Shown in pieces: positions 32,615 through 43,701 of a DNA stretch of 64,000 nucleotides (positions are counted from its first letter, which is position 1; each line of letters starts with the position of its first letter). Location: the NCBI GenBank assembly GCA_963677435.1, contig OY781945.1, forward strand, positions 1,888,001 through 1,952,000. The letters are read 5' to 3'. Under the pieces are notes generated by a model. That model ran no database searches. It was not told the DNA's origin and was given only the letters and a program-made list of their open reading frames with translations. Source of the stretch: an uncultured Aliarcobacter sp. GTDB taxonomy: Bacteria; Campylobacterota; Campylobacteria; Campylobacterales; Arcobacteraceae. The translations under genes were made by a program, and so were the position numbers.

Positions 32615-32638
32615 TTATTTTACCACCCTACTTTATTT

Positions 32639-33316
32639 TTAGAAAAGTTCTATTTCCATTTGAGGTTCTGCCTCTTTATTATCAATACCAAATAATTCAA
32701 CAGCACCAGAATATTCTTTGATAACAGGAGCTTTTGTAATCTCTTGTTGTAAAGATTTTTCTTCAGATAAGATTTTATTATCTGTTTCAGATTTTTGAGT
32801 AACTTTAATAAAAGTTTCAAAATCATTAGCTAATAAAATTAATCTTCCATGTTCTCCACGAGTATGTTCACTAATTAATTTAAAGCCTTCTGATTTACAA
32901 AAATCTTTTGCAAATTCTACATTTCTAAATCCAATAGATTGTGCAGATAAATTTATTTGCATAATATCAGCCCCACCTGATATTTTAGCTATCATGTTAT
33001 TTTTACTACAACCTAATTTGTACATTTCATTAAGCATAGCTTCAACAGAATATAAACCATATTTCATATCATCATTAGTATTATTAGTCTTTGGTAGTAA
33101 AAAGTGATTCATTCCTTTTATTTTGGTAACTTTATCATAAAACATAATTGCTACACAAGATCCTAATAAAGTTTTAAAAGCTATTTCTTCTATATCACTT
33201 CCAACAGCAAATTCTCCACCAATCACAGTATGAGTAGGGTATCCTTTCGTTTTTTGTGTAAATCTAACAGCTGAAGTTTTTTCAATACTTCCATCTTTAT
33301 GACCTATTACAATCAT
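32639..33316 (-). CDS. cheD: Chemoreceptor glutamine deamidase
   Basis: TLLGSCVA, GMNHFLLP and AKISGGA. Confidence 0.92.
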   Translation of the reverse strand: MIVIGHKDGSIEKTSAVRFTQKTKGYPTHTVIGGEFAVGSDIEEIAFKTLLGSCVAIMFYDKVTKIKGMNHFLLPKTNNTNDDMKYGLYSVEAMLNEMYKLGCSKNNMIAKISGGADIMQINLSAQSIGFRNVEFAKDFCKSEGFKLISEHTRGEHGRLILLANDFETFIKVTQKSETDNKILSEEKSLQQEITKAPVIKEYSGAVELFGIDNKEAEPQMEIELF

Positions 33317-34158
33317 ATGATTTCCTTTTCTTTTACAAAAATATTTTGACCTACTCTTCTTACATAATGTACTAAATCCTGAGGATTTTCAGAGTGACCA
33401 ATATATAATGTTCCACCTATTTTAAGATGTTTAAATAACTTTTTTAAAATTTCATTTTGATCTTCAACAGAAAAATATATTAAAACATTTCTACAAAAAA
33501 TAACATCAAATTGATTTTTTGAGAATGGATATGCATTATCATTTAAATTCATTACTTGAAAAGTAATCATTTTTTTCAAATCATCATTAACTTTTATTAA
33601 AACTTCTTCACCTGCAAGATTTTTTTGTACTCTTCTTTTGAAGAAATTTTGTGGTTTAATCCAACTTGGAAATTCTTTTGAAGATTTTGAGTATCTGTAA
33701 ATACCATTTGCTGCATATTGTAAAACATTTGTATCAATATCAGTAGCAATTATTGAAGCTGTCAAATTTTTATTTAATTCTTCTTTAGCTTTTAATACAG
33801 TCATTGCCATGGAATATGGTTCTTCTCCTGTTGAAGAAGCAGAACAATACATATTTATTTTTTCTCCACTCTTTGCAAACATTGGCAAAACTCTATCTTT
33901 TAAATCAACAAAATGGAAATCTTCCCTAAAAAAATGTGTTTTATTAGTTGTAAATGAATTAATAAATTCAGTTACACTATTTCCTTGTTCTATAGAATCC
34001 AAAAGCTCCATAATATCACCAGAGAAGCCACAATTTCTTTTTAATTTATCAATTCTATTTGAAATCATAATATCTTTATTCTCTGAAAGTGTTATACCTG
34101 TCAAAGAATAAAGAAGCTTTTTTACTTTATTATGTACATCTTGTGTCGTATATTTCAT
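33313..34158 (-). CDS. cheR: Chemotaxis methyltransferase
   Basis: TTNKTHFFRE, SSTGEEPYS and FCRNVLIYF. Confidence 0.95.
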   Translation of the reverse strand: MKYTTQDVHNKVKKLLYSLTGITLSENKDIMISNRIDKLKRNCGFSGDIMELLDSIEQGNSVTEFINSFTTNKTHFFREDFHFVDLKDRVLPMFAKSGEKINMYCSASSTGEEPYSMAMTVLKAKEELNKNLTASIIATDIDTNVLQYAANGIYRYSKSSKEFPSWIKPQNFFKRRVQKNLAGEEVLIKVNDDLKKMITFQVMNLNDNAYPFSKNQFDVIFCRNVLIYFSVEDQNEILKKLFKHLKIGGTLYIGHSENPQDLVHYVRRVGQNIFVKEKEII

Positions 34159-34161
34159 GTA

Positions 34162-36252
34162 TTAAGATGCTTTTTTAGCTATGCTCATATCTCGCTCAAC
34201 TTTTATTTGAGCATTAATAATTCCAACTACATCTAAAATTAGACCTATACTTCCATCACCTCTTACTGTTGCTGCTCCAATTCCTTGAACACTTCTAAAG
34301 TTTTTATCTAAAGGTTTTACAACAACTTGATGTTGATTTAAGAACTCATCAATAGATAATGCAACTTTTGTATTACCAGATTTTACAACAATTAACATAC
34401 CCTCTTCTAGTTTACTAAAACTTTTTTCGAGCCCAAATAATTGATGTAACTTAACAACTGGAATAAATTCTTCTCTTAACATTAATAAATCTTGAGTTCC
34501 ATCACCAATTTTTTTAATCATATCAGCTGTTGGCTGTAATGATTCTACAATAGAACTTAATGGTAAAATATATTTTTGACTTCCAACTTTTATATCTAAT
34601 CCATCTAAAATAGCAAGAGTTAGAGGTAACATAATTGTAATTGTTGTACCAATATTTAAATGAGTATCTAATTTAATTGCACCACCTAGTTTATGAATAT
34701 TTGTTTTAACAACATCCATTCCAACGCCTCTTCCTGAGATATCAGTAATTTGATCAGCTGTTGAAACACCTGCACCGAAAATTAACATAGCTTTTTCATT
34801 ATCATTCATAGTATTAAATTGATTTTCATCAATTTGTCCTTGTTCTAATGCTTTTTGAGCTACTTTTTCAAAATTAATACCTTTTCCATCATCTTCAATA
34901 GTAATAATCATTTGTCCATTTGCTTGTTCAGCAGTAATACTAATTGAACCAACTTCTGGTTTACTTGTAAGCTCTCTTTCTGCAGCTGTTTCAATACCAT
35001 GATCAAGAGAATTTCTAATGATGTGCATTAAAGGATCTGTTAATCCTTCAATCATTGCTTTGTCAATTTCAACATTATCACCGTAATGTTTAAACTCAAC
35101 TTTTTTACCAAGTTTTTTAGAAATATCTCTAACAACTTTTGGAAATTTAGAATAAATTGATTCCATAGGAACCATTCTAATACTCATAATAGAATCTTGC
35201 ATATCTCTAATATGCCTTTCAAGTAATTCTAATCTTTCTAAAACAGAATTTCTTGTTTTTGTCTCTTCAATTGTAGAAGAAAATTGAGTAAGCATTGCAT
35301 TTGTAATAACCAAATCACCAACATTGTTCATTAATAAATCAATTTTATCAAGATTTACTCTAATACTATTGTTATTATTTGAAACTGATTTTTTAGCTCC
35401 ACCTGTCTCTTCATCTTCTTCTTTTTGTCTAGGTTTTCTAGCTACTACTTCTTTCTCCTCTTGAACTTTTATTACTTCAACAGGTTTTACAGTTTCTTCT
35501 TTAATTTCATTTGTTTCCATAACTGAATTTGAGCTAATTTCTGGCATTTCATCAAAGAAACCAAAATTTTCTTTATCTTCAGTCGAAATTTTAAAATCAC
35601 TATCTTTAGTATTATCAGAAATTGTCTCTAAATCTTGATCATAAAAACCAAAATTTTTATGAACTTCATCTATTTCATCATCAGCAAATATTCCATAAGC
35701 TTTATTTTTACTATCCCTTTGATCATTTAAATCATCATCAAAGAAACCAAAATTATCACTATCTAAAACTTCTGGTGTTTCTTTTTTTGTTTCTACTACT
35801 TTTGGTGCTTCAACAACTTTAACAACTGCTGGTTCAGCTTTTTTAGCAACTGCTCCATTTGAATATGCTCTAATCTCTTCTAATAAAGAAGTAGTCATAT
35901 TTGTAAAAGTTTCTCTAGTTAATGTATCTGATACTTCCAGATCCAAAATTTCTTTCATAACATCAAGTCCATCAATAAGCGTTTCTGCCATTTCAGGAAT
36001 GAATTCAATTTTATGATTTCTTAACTTATCCATTAGATTTTCAACATCATGTGTAAATTCAGCAAAAAAAGCTAATTCAACAGAAGCTCCACTTCCTTTT
36101 AGAGTATGTACATCTCTAAAAAGTTGACCCATTTCTTCATCTGTTAACGAGCCATTATTTTCAGCTGCTAATAAAACATTATCTGCTGATTCAAAAAGCT
36201 CTTCAGCTTCTTCAAGAAACATTTCTCTATATTTGGAAATATCAAACGACAT
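34162..36252 (-). CDS. cheA: Chemotaxis histidine kinase (no fused receiver domain)
   Basis: HPt FRDVHTLKG, HIIRNSLDHG, DISGRGVGMDVV and CheW-like P5 domain. Confidence 0.96.
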   Translation of the reverse strand: MSFDISKYREMFLEEAEELFESADNVLLAAENNGSLTDEEMGQLFRDVHTLKGSGASVELAFFAEFTHDVENLMDKLRNHKIEFIPEMAETLIDGLDVMKEILDLEVSDTLTRETFTNMTTSLLEEIRAYSNGAVAKKAEPAVVKVVEAPKVVETKKETPEVLDSDNFGFFDDDLNDQRDSKNKAYGIFADDEIDEVHKNFGFYDQDLETISDNTKDSDFKISTEDKENFGFFDEMPEISSNSVMETNEIKEETVKPVEVIKVQEEKEVVARKPRQKEEDEETGGAKKSVSNNNNSIRVNLDKIDLLMNNVGDLVITNAMLTQFSSTIEETKTRNSVLERLELLERHIRDMQDSIMSIRMVPMESIYSKFPKVVRDISKKLGKKVEFKHYGDNVEIDKAMIEGLTDPLMHIIRNSLDHGIETAAERELTSKPEVGSISITAEQANGQMIITIEDDGKGINFEKVAQKALEQGQIDENQFNTMNDNEKAMLIFGAGVSTADQITDISGRGVGMDVVKTNIHKLGGAIKLDTHLNIGTTITIMLPLTLAILDGLDIKVGSQKYILPLSSIVESLQPTADMIKKIGDGTQDLLMLREEFIPVVKLHQLFGLEKSFSKLEEGMLIVVKSGNTKVALSIDEFLNQHQVVVKPLDKNFRSVQGIGAATVRGDGSIGLILDVVGIINAQIKVERDMSIAKKAS

Positions 36253-36262
36253 GAGAACTCCT

Positions 36263-36631
36263 TTATCTACTTAAAACTATATTAACTGCTTTTAACAATT
36301 GGTCTGGTACAAATGGTTTAACAATCCAACCTGTTGCTCCTGCAGCTTTACCCCTTGCTTTCATTTCATCACTTCTTTCAGTAGTAAGTACTAAAATTGG
36401 TTTTTTAGAATATTGTGGTATTTTTCTTAATTCACCTATTAGTGTTAATCCATCCATATTAGGCATATTAACATCTGTAATTATTAAATCGAAATCAGCA
36501 GCCTTAGCTTTTGCTAAACCATCAACACCATCAACTGCTTCAGTTACATCTGTGTAACCACCCTCGTTTAGTGCATAGTTCAGCATATCTCTTAGCATTG
36601 TAGAATCATCTACTATCAAAAGCTTAGCCAT
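36263..36631 (-). CDS. cheY: Chemotaxis response regulator
   Basis: Single REC domain: VDDS, TDVNMP and GATGWIVKPF. Confidence 0.9.
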   Translation of the reverse strand: MAKLLIVDDSTMLRDMLNYALNEGGYTDVTEAVDGVDGLAKAKAADFDLIITDVNMPNMDGLTLIGELRKIPQYSKKPILVLTTERSDEMKARGKAAGATGWIVKPFVPDQLLKAVNIVLSR

Positions 36632-36774
36632 ATTAAAACCCCTTAAGTTTTCTTAAAAAAATTATTTTTACTATACTAACTAAAGAAATATTAATTTAGG
36701 GTTAGAGTAGCTCTAAAAATTAGAACTTTGTAACTTATTATAGAAATATATGAGAGATTTTTTATAAATGAGAG

Positions 36775-36804
36775 AGGAAGTAAGGTTTTAGAATCTTACT
36801 TCCT
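36775..36804 (-). terminator. Hairpin downstream of pnp
   Basis: AGGAAGTAAG/CTTACTTCCT 10-bp stem, 13 nt after the pnp stop; weak U-tract. Confidence 0.6.
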
Positions 36805-36817
36805 TAAAGATATTTTA

Positions 36818-38992
36818 TTAATTAGAAGATAATTCTATTCTATCTTTTTTAACTTTTAATACTTTTACTTCTATTTCTTGTCCTACAGATAAAATATCTG
36901 AAACATTATTTACTCTTTCTTTTGAGATTTTAGAAATATGTAAAAGTCCTTCACCACCTTTTGGTAATAATATAAATGCACCAAAATCAACAACTCTTTC
37001 AACTTTTCCTAAAACCACTTCATCAATTGCATATAATTTTTCAAAATCTACATTTTTTTGAGAATCTTTTCTCGCAGGAGCATTATTAGAAATAGTTTTA
37101 ATATGCTCACAAGCATCTAAAACATTCTGTTTATTTCCACCACTTACTTTTACTGTTCCACTATCTCTATCTAAATCAATTGATACTGTAAATTTCTCAA
37201 TAATTTCTTTAATTGTTGCTCCTGCTTTTCCAATAATAACCATTATTTTACTTGGATCTATAGCAAATTGCTCAACTAATGGCAGTGCTTGACTTGGAAC
37301 AATTTCAGTTGATGCTTCTTCCATTAGAGATAAAATATGAATTCTTCCTTCTTTAGCTTGAAGTAATGCTTCTTTTAATACAGATAATTCAATTCCACCT
37401 AATTTAATATCCATTTGTAAAGCAGTAATTCCTTTTGTTGTGCCAGCAACTTTAAAGTCCATATCTCCATCATGGTCTTCTAATCCCATAATATCAGTTA
37501 GAACAGAATATTTATCACCTTCAACAACCATACCCATAGCAACACCAGCTACAAGATTTGAAATAGGAACACCAGCTGCTTTTAAAGCTAATGAACCACC
37601 ACAAACAGTTGCCATTGATGAAGAACCATTTGATTCTAATATTTCAGAAACTAATCTTACTGTTTCATTATAATCCGTATCTATTGTAGATTCAAGTGCT
37701 TTTTTACCTAAATTTCCATGACCTAATTCTCTTCTACCTACACCAAACATAGGTTTTGCTTCACCAACAGAAAAACCAGGGAAGTTATAATGAACCATAA
37801 ATCTATCAACTAAAGTCGATTTATCTGTTAAAACTTCATACATTTGACCATCTTTAGGTCCAGCAAGTGTAGCAATTACTAAAGCTTGTGTCTCTCCCCT
37901 TGTAAATAAACAAGAAGAATGAGTTGATGGTAAAAGATTAATTTCTATATCAATTGGTCTTACATCTTTAAGACCTCTTCCATCAGCTCTTATTTTATCA
38001 TTTACAATCATATTTCTAACGATTTCTCTTTTTACAATAGAAACTGCTTCATAAATTGTTGTAAATTCTAACTCATTTGTAGAACAATATTCATTTTTAG
38101 AAATCATTTTTGCAACATCTTTTAATTGAGTTGCTCTTTCACTTTTTGCTAATTTTTTTATAGCTTCTCTAATTTCATTTGAAAAATTATCTCTTACATA
38201 ATTTATAACAGATTCTTCAATTGTAAATTGAACCAGTTCAACTTCAACTTTTTCTTTACAAGAAGTTTCAAAACCTTTTTCATAAGTTAAGTTAGCCTCT
38301 TTTAATGAATCTTGAGCAAAAGCAATAGCTTCCACTAAAGTATCTTCATTCATCTCATTTGCATTATGAATTTTTGTAAATGCTTCAATATCAACTTCAA
38401 CCATTTCACTTGAAGAAATAGTCTTCATTTCAATCATTAATAATTCATCTTTTGAACCAGCTACATATAAATCTAAAGTAGAATTTCCCATTTCTTCTGG
38501 TGTTGGATTAATAATATAATTATCTTCAATCTTTCCAACTCTTACACCACAAACAGATTTTTTAATAGGAAGATTAGAAGTATACAATGCTGCATTTGCT
38601 GCGTTTAATGCTAAAGCTTGTAAATCAACATTTTTATCTGCACTTAAAACCATTACAGTAATTGTTGTAGGATAAACATAACCTTTTGGGAAAAGTGGTC
38701 TTAAACTTCTATCAATAACTCTTGATGTTAATGTTTCAAAATCACTTGGTTTCCCTTCTCTTTTTATAAATCCACCTGGTAATTTTGCTGCAGCATAAGT
38801 TTTTTCTATATATTGAACTGTTAATGGAGTGAAATCTTCACTTACTGGATTATCAAATTCACTTACAACCGTAGCTAATACAACTGCATTTCCTATTTTA
38901 GCTAATACTGAACCATTAGCTTGTTTAGCTACTTTTCCAAATTCGAAAACCTCTTGTTTTCCATTTAATTCAAATTCACAAACTGTTGACAT
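36818..38992 (-). CDS. pnp: Polyribonucleotide nucleotidyltransferase
   Basis: RADGR, RRELGHG, SNGSSSMA, GDMDFKVAG, KH and S1 domains. Confidence 0.97.
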   Translation of the reverse strand: MSTVCEFELNGKQEVFEFGKVAKQANGSVLAKIGNAVVLATVVSEFDNPVSEDFTPLTVQYIEKTYAAAKLPGGFIKREGKPSDFETLTSRVIDRSLRPLFPKGYVYPTTITVMVLSADKNVDLQALALNAANAALYTSNLPIKKSVCGVRVGKIEDNYIINPTPEEMGNSTLDLYVAGSKDELLMIEMKTISSSEMVEVDIEAFTKIHNANEMNEDTLVEAIAFAQDSLKEANLTYEKGFETSCKEKVEVELVQFTIEESVINYVRDNFSNEIREAIKKLAKSERATQLKDVAKMISKNEYCSTNELEFTTIYEAVSIVKREIVRNMIVNDKIRADGRGLKDVRPIDIEINLLPSTHSSCLFTRGETQALVIATLAGPKDGQMYEVLTDKSTLVDRFMVHYNFPGFSVGEAKPMFGVGRRELGHGNLGKKALESTIDTDYNETVRLVSEILESNGSSSMATVCGGSLALKAAGVPISNLVAGVAMGMVVEGDKYSVLTDIMGLEDHDGDMDFKVAGTTKGITALQMDIKLGGIELSVLKEALLQAKEGRIHILSLMEEASTEIVPSQALPLVEQFAIDPSKIMVIIGKAGATIKEIIEKFTVSIDLDRDSGTVKVSGGNKQNVLDACEHIKTISNNAPARKDSQKNVDFEKLYAIDEVVLGKVERVVDFGAFILLPKGGEGLLHISKISKERVNNVSDILSVGQEIEVKVLKVKKDRIELSSN

Positions 38993-38997
38993 ACTTT

Positions 38998-39648
38998 TTA
39001 TCCTTTATTTATTTTCTCTATATCTTCAAAACTAACATCATCTAAACTATCATAATAAAAATCAATTTCCACAAAATGATCTAATTTTTTAATAAAATAT
39101 AAATCATCTGCAATAGATTCTATTGTAGAAATACTAGCTGTTGGTAAAATTGGAGTTGCTACTGAAATAGACTTTGCTTTTAAATTAATAGCTGTTTTAA
39201 TACAAGCCATCATTGTTAAACCTGTATTAATTCCCTCATCAACTATCAATACATTCTTATTTTCAAATTTTTGAATCTTTTCCCCATGTCTAAACTTACT
39301 TACTGTTTTAATAATAGATTCTTCATATACTTGTTTTGATTTTGAGTATACATAATCTAAACTAATATCAAATGATTTAACTAGTTCTTCATGTATAAGA
39401 ACTTCTTCATGCTCTGTAACAACAGCTATTTCACAATCCTCATTGTTAGGAGCATAAATTTTCTCTGAAAACATAATATCATATTTACTATTAAGAGCAT
39501 TTGCAACTATTCTTGCGATTTCAAATCCACCATAAGAACTTGCAATTACAGTCCAATCTTCTAATTTCATACTATCAATTGGTAAAACATCTAACAATCT
39601 ATAAGCTGCGACTTCTCTATTTTTAAAATATATTCTGTCAGGATTCAT
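38998..39648 (-). CDS. Phosphoribosyltransferase-family protein
   Basis: VLIVDEGINTGLTM PRPP-loop-like motif. Confidence 0.8.
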   Translation of the reverse strand: MNPDRIYFKNREVAAYRLLDVLPIDSMKLEDWTVIASSYGGFEIARIVANALNSKYDIMFSEKIYAPNNEDCEIAVVTEHEEVLIHEELVKSFDISLDYVYSKSKQVYEESIIKTVSKFRHGEKIQKFENKNVLIVDEGINTGLTMMACIKTAINLKAKSISVATPILPTASISTIESIADDLYFIKKLDHFVEIDFYYDSLDDVSFEDIEKINKG

Positions 39649-41768
39649 TGTTTTTTATCTTCAAGGTTATATTTTTGTTTAATTCCACCTAATGGTTTCA
39701 ATAAAATAGTTGCATAAATAATTCGTTGATCGATTGAAGAATAATTAGTCCCAGAAGAAGGAACAACATTGTTTTCATATCTTAAATCTAAATTCCAACA
39801 ACTATCATCCATATTAAAACTAATACCTTGTTTACTTCTTTTATGTTCTATCAAATCATAGTTTTCATAATATGAGACTTTATAATCTTTAGCTATTTTA
39901 TAAGAAGTTTTTAATCTATATGACTCTAAATCTTCTCTACTATTAAAAATATTATCTGTTTGTTTTGATTTATAATAACCAAGGCCTAAAGATAAATCTT
40001 TATAAGTAAATACAGTATCTGCACTATTTTCAACAAATTGTTGATCTTCTACATTGTAAACTACTTTACCACCAATACTTCCATATTCATGGTAAACTTT
40101 TACAGAATTTTCTAAATCTTCTAATTTTGGGTCATTTAAAGTATCGTATAAAATTGATTGAGAAATTTTATGATTAACTAATTGCTTTAAACTATATTTA
40201 TCATATAAAGATTGATTAGCAGATAGTTTTATATTCTTTTCTTCTTGAGTAAGTGGAAAAGCTTTCAACTCTTGCTCTTTTGCTGAACCAGATTCTGTAG
40301 TTATTTTGTATAAATCTCCATCTTCTTCAAGATTTTTTGGAACTATATATTCTGCTTTTAAATTAACCGTATGTAAATAGTCTTCATAGGGTTTTATAAG
40401 GTCACTTCCAATTCCAACAGAAGTTCTATTTTGAATTAGTGTTCCATCGTTATATCTAGTATTACCATAATTATCATAATCATATTTACTAATTGTAGTC
40501 TTATTTTCTACAAAACCATACATAAAATCATCTAAGAAATGTTTACTATAACTTAAAGGCAAACTCACTTCATATATATTAGCAGTAATTCCTTCAGGTC
40601 TTGTGTAATTCATTGCTTTTGTATCTATAGAGTAAATTAGATTATCAAAAAACAATTCTTTATTATATGAATGAAATTGTACTTGAGGTAATTCTTGTAA
40701 TGTAGTTTTATTTGAATCTTTTGAACCATCAATATAATATCTACCATAAATACCTCCATAATAAGAAGAAGTATCATAAAAGTAATTAACTTTAGATTCA
40801 ACTTTCTTATCTGTTGAATTCAAACTTTCTTTATCTTCTAGTGTAATATATTCAATATCATTAAAATATGTAAGTGATGTAAATAAACCATCTTGAGAAT
40901 CATTTGAAGATAAAATATCTCTTCTTTTATAGTCCAAATCAAAACCATAGTGAGTCTGATTTTGCAAACCATTTTCTAAATAATAATCATCTTTTTCTTT
41001 AAAAGCACCAGTTTTTATTTCTAATAATGAATCAGGGGAATCTGCATATCTATAATATGCATAGCCACCAGAACCTCTTTTAGTTCTTGTTTGGGGGATT
41101 AATTCAATATCATAATTATATGCAGGTGCAAAATATATGGGTTGAGAATAAGAGAGGCCTTCAGTTTTAGAATATCCAACGGTTGGAAGTAATAGACCTG
41201 TTCTCCTTCTTGTGTCAGTTGGAAAACCAATGTAAGGAGTATAAAAGACAGGAACATCTTTAACATATAATCTTGAATTATAAGCATTTATCCATTTTTT
41301 TTCTATATCATAATCAGCTGATGATGCTCGAATACTCCAAACTGGATCTAAACAATCACAAGAAGAAATAATCGTGCTATCAAGTTCTACATCATTTTTT
41401 TGTCTATCTGAAGTTTTCGAATTTATCCAAATTTTATTACTTTGTTCTTGTAAAAACATTGGACTTTGATTAAAAGAATCTTTTTTCAAATCAATGAAAG
41501 CATAATTACTTTGTGTTTGAATATTATTATCTTTAATTACTAAAACATTATCAAAAAGTTCAAAAGTTTCTTCTTCTTTATTATAAATAACTTTATCTGC
41601 ACTTAAATAATAAGTTGGAGAATAAATAACAACATTACCACTTGCAGTAACTATATTTTCAACTGAATTAACATTCTTTGCAACTAACTGAAACTTTTCA
41701 TCTTTTAACTCTTGTGCTTGAATCAAACATGAAGCAACAATTAATGACGCTATTATTTTTTTATGCAT
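39645..41768 (-). CDS. lptD: LPS assembly outer membrane protein
   Basis: Signal peptide, SSC..P.W, PVFYTPY, RRTGLLLP and CW near the C-terminus. Confidence 0.88.
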   Translation of the reverse strand: MHKKIIASLIVASCLIQAQELKDEKFQLVAKNVNSVENIVTASGNVVIYSPTYYLSADKVIYNKEEETFELFDNVLVIKDNNIQTQSNYAFIDLKKDSFNQSPMFLQEQSNKIWINSKTSDRQKNDVELDSTIISSCDCLDPVWSIRASSADYDIEKKWINAYNSRLYVKDVPVFYTPYIGFPTDTRRRTGLLLPTVGYSKTEGLSYSQPIYFAPAYNYDIELIPQTRTKRGSGGYAYYRYADSPDSLLEIKTGAFKEKDDYYLENGLQNQTHYGFDLDYKRRDILSSNDSQDGLFTSLTYFNDIEYITLEDKESLNSTDKKVESKVNYFYDTSSYYGGIYGRYYIDGSKDSNKTTLQELPQVQFHSYNKELFFDNLIYSIDTKAMNYTRPEGITANIYEVSLPLSYSKHFLDDFMYGFVENKTTISKYDYDNYGNTRYNDGTLIQNRTSVGIGSDLIKPYEDYLHTVNLKAEYIVPKNLEEDGDLYKITTESGSAKEQELKAFPLTQEEKNIKLSANQSLYDKYSLKQLVNHKISQSILYDTLNDPKLEDLENSVKVYHEYGSIGGKVVYNVEDQQFVENSADTVFTYKDLSLGLGYYKSKQTDNIFNSREDLESYRLKTSYKIAKDYKVSYYENYDLIEHKRSKQGISFNMDDSCWNLDLRYENNVVPSSGTNYSSIDQRIIYATILLKPLGGIKQKYNLEDKKQ

Positions 41769-42198
41769 TTACTACCAACGTTCTACCTACAATATCATGA
41801 AAAGTTTTTTTACCATCATTAAAGAAACCAATCAAGAATCCAACATAAAAAAACATTTCTGAAAATACTCTTCCTATAGATCTTAAAAGTGATGATAAAA
41901 AAGAAACCCTTCCCCAATGATTTGCATCAATTACTCTAATTTTAGCCACAATTTTACCCACTGATGCCCCATAATACCAAACAAAAAATGTTTGATATAC
42001 AATTTTCAATGCAATTAATGGTAAAGCCAATTGTGTTTCTATTAAAACCATCATTGCATCCATATCTTGACTAACTGCAAAAATATTTTCCCAAAATATT
42101 ATCATAACAATTACAGTAACTAATATATCATCAATTACAAATGCTAATGCTCGTGAACGCAAAGAAGCTAATTGAAGATCTGTACTATTGTTTTGCAT
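41761..42198 (-). CDS. RDD family membrane protein
   Basis: RALAFVID, GKIV and FHD. Confidence 0.88.
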   Translation of the reverse strand: MQNNSTDLQLASLRSRALAFVIDDILVTVIVMIIFWENIFAVSQDMDAMMVLIETQLALPLIALKIVYQTFFVWYYGASVGKIVAKIRVIDANHWGRVSFLSSLLRSIGRVFSEMFFYVGFLIGFFNDGKKTFHDIVGRTLVVNA

Positions 42199-42204
42199 TA
42201 ATAT

Positions 42205-43470
42205 TTACTTTAAAGCTTGATATGCAATATCAGATCTACATTTTTTACCAGCAAAATGTACTTGTCCACATAAAGCATATGCTCTATCTCTTGCTTCTTT
42301 AATACTTTTTCCAAATCCAACACAAACTAATACTCTTCCACCGGTTGCCATTAATTTATCATCAATTTTTTCAACACCAGCATAAGAAATATGAGAATTA
42401 TTTAATAAATCTTCATCAACAATATTATCAACTATAATTTCAGCAGGTGTACTTGAACCATAAGGATAATTTCCACTTGCCATTACAACACCAACACCAA
42501 ACTCTTTTTTGATTTTAATATCTAATTTATCAAGTTGTTTTGTAGCACCCTTATAAAATAGCTCAGATACTGGAGTTTCCAATAAAGGCATTAAAATTTC
42601 ACACTCAGGATCACCAAATCTAACATTGTATTCTAAAATAATTGGCTCACCTTTAACTACCATTACACCAATAAAAAGGACCCCCTCAAATGGAGCTCCC
42701 TCTTGTTTCATACCAGCAAGTGTTGGAATAATTACTCTTTCTTCTATCTTTTTATAAATATCATCATTTACTAAAGGAGTTGGAGCATATGCACCCATTC
42801 CTCCTGTATTTGGTCCAGTATCACCGTCACCTATTCTTTTGTGGTCTTGAGCAGCTGGTAATACTTTATAATTTTCACCATCACAAATAGCAAAAACTGA
42901 TAATTCATATCCATCTAAATACTCTTCTACAACTATAGAAGTTCCAGCATCTCCAAAAGAAGCACCTGAAAGCATATCTGAAGTTGCTGTTTTTGCTTCT
43001 TCTTTTGATTGAGCAATAATTACACCTTTACCTGCACATAAACCATCTGCTTTTACAACTATTGGTAAATTCATTGTATCAATAAAATCAAAAGCTTCTT
43101 TTTCATTTGAAGTCTCTATAAACGCTGCTGTTGGTATGTTATATTTTTTTAATATATTTTTCATATAAACTTTTGAACCTTCAAGTTGAGCTGCTGCTGC
43201 ACTTGGTCCAAAAATTGTTAAACCATTTTGTTTAAATATATCAACAACACCATCTACTAATGGAGCTTCTGGTCCCACAATTGTCAAATCAATAGAATTA
43301 TCTTTTGCCCAAAGAGCTAATTGATTATAATCTTTAATATTTATATTTGTTCCCAATCTGTCAGTTGCACCATTTCCTGGCATAAAAAATAGATTATGAG
43401 CATTTTCTTTGTATATTGCTAATCCAATAGAGTACTCTCTACCACCATTACCAAGTATCAATATGTTCAC
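42205..43470 (-). CDS. purD: Phosphoribosylamine--glycine ligase
   Basis: [26 protein letters not shown] and RFGDPE. Confidence 0.97.
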   Translation of the reverse strand: MNILILGNGGREYSIGLAIYKENAHNLFFMPGNGATDRLGTNINIKDYNQLALWAKDNSIDLTIVGPEAPLVDGVVDIFKQNGLTIFGPSAAAAQLEGSKVYMKNILKKYNIPTAAFIETSNEKEAFDFIDTMNLPIVVKADGLCAGKGVIIAQSKEEAKTATSDMLSGASFGDAGTSIVVEEYLDGYELSVFAICDGENYKVLPAAQDHKRIGDGDTGPNTGGMGAYAPTPLVNDDIYKKIEERVIIPTLAGMKQEGAPFEGVLFIGVMVVKGEPIILEYNVRFGDPECEILMPLLETPVSELFYKGATKQLDKLDIKIKKEFGVGVVMASGNYPYGSSTPAEIIVDNIVDEDLLNNSHISYAGVEKIDDKLMATGGRVLVCVGFGKSIKEARDRAYALCGQVHFAGKKCRSDIAYQALK

Positions 43471-43497
43471 GATAATTCCTTGTATTATAAATTAAAA

Positions 43498-43667
43498 AAT
43501 CCGAGTAGCCGTTAACCATTAAAATGGCCCTAAAAGCCAAGAATCGCACATGAGCGTATATTTTAGGAGCAAAAACGCATTGAATTGCTGCACACCATAC
43601 AACTGCTGCCATGTACAAAAATAATTTATCGGACCCACAACAATGGAAATCCCGAACTACTTAGATT
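43498..43667 (-). ncRNA. ssrS: 6S RNA (the Campylobacterota purD RNA motif)
   Basis: GC-enriched ~170-nt intergenic element. On the minus strand the ends AAUCUAAGUAGUU/GGCUACUCGGAUU pair using G-U pairs; TAAAAT -10 at 43673-43678; located upstream of purD as established for 6S RNA in this phylum. Confidence 0.8.
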
Positions 43668-43701
43668 GTCTTATTTTATCTAAAGATGTTTAAATTTGAG
43701 T

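Noticed and set aside
43498..43667. Purine riboswitch upstream of purD
   Set aside because: Long end-to-end pairing and established knowledge of this locus favour 6S RNA.
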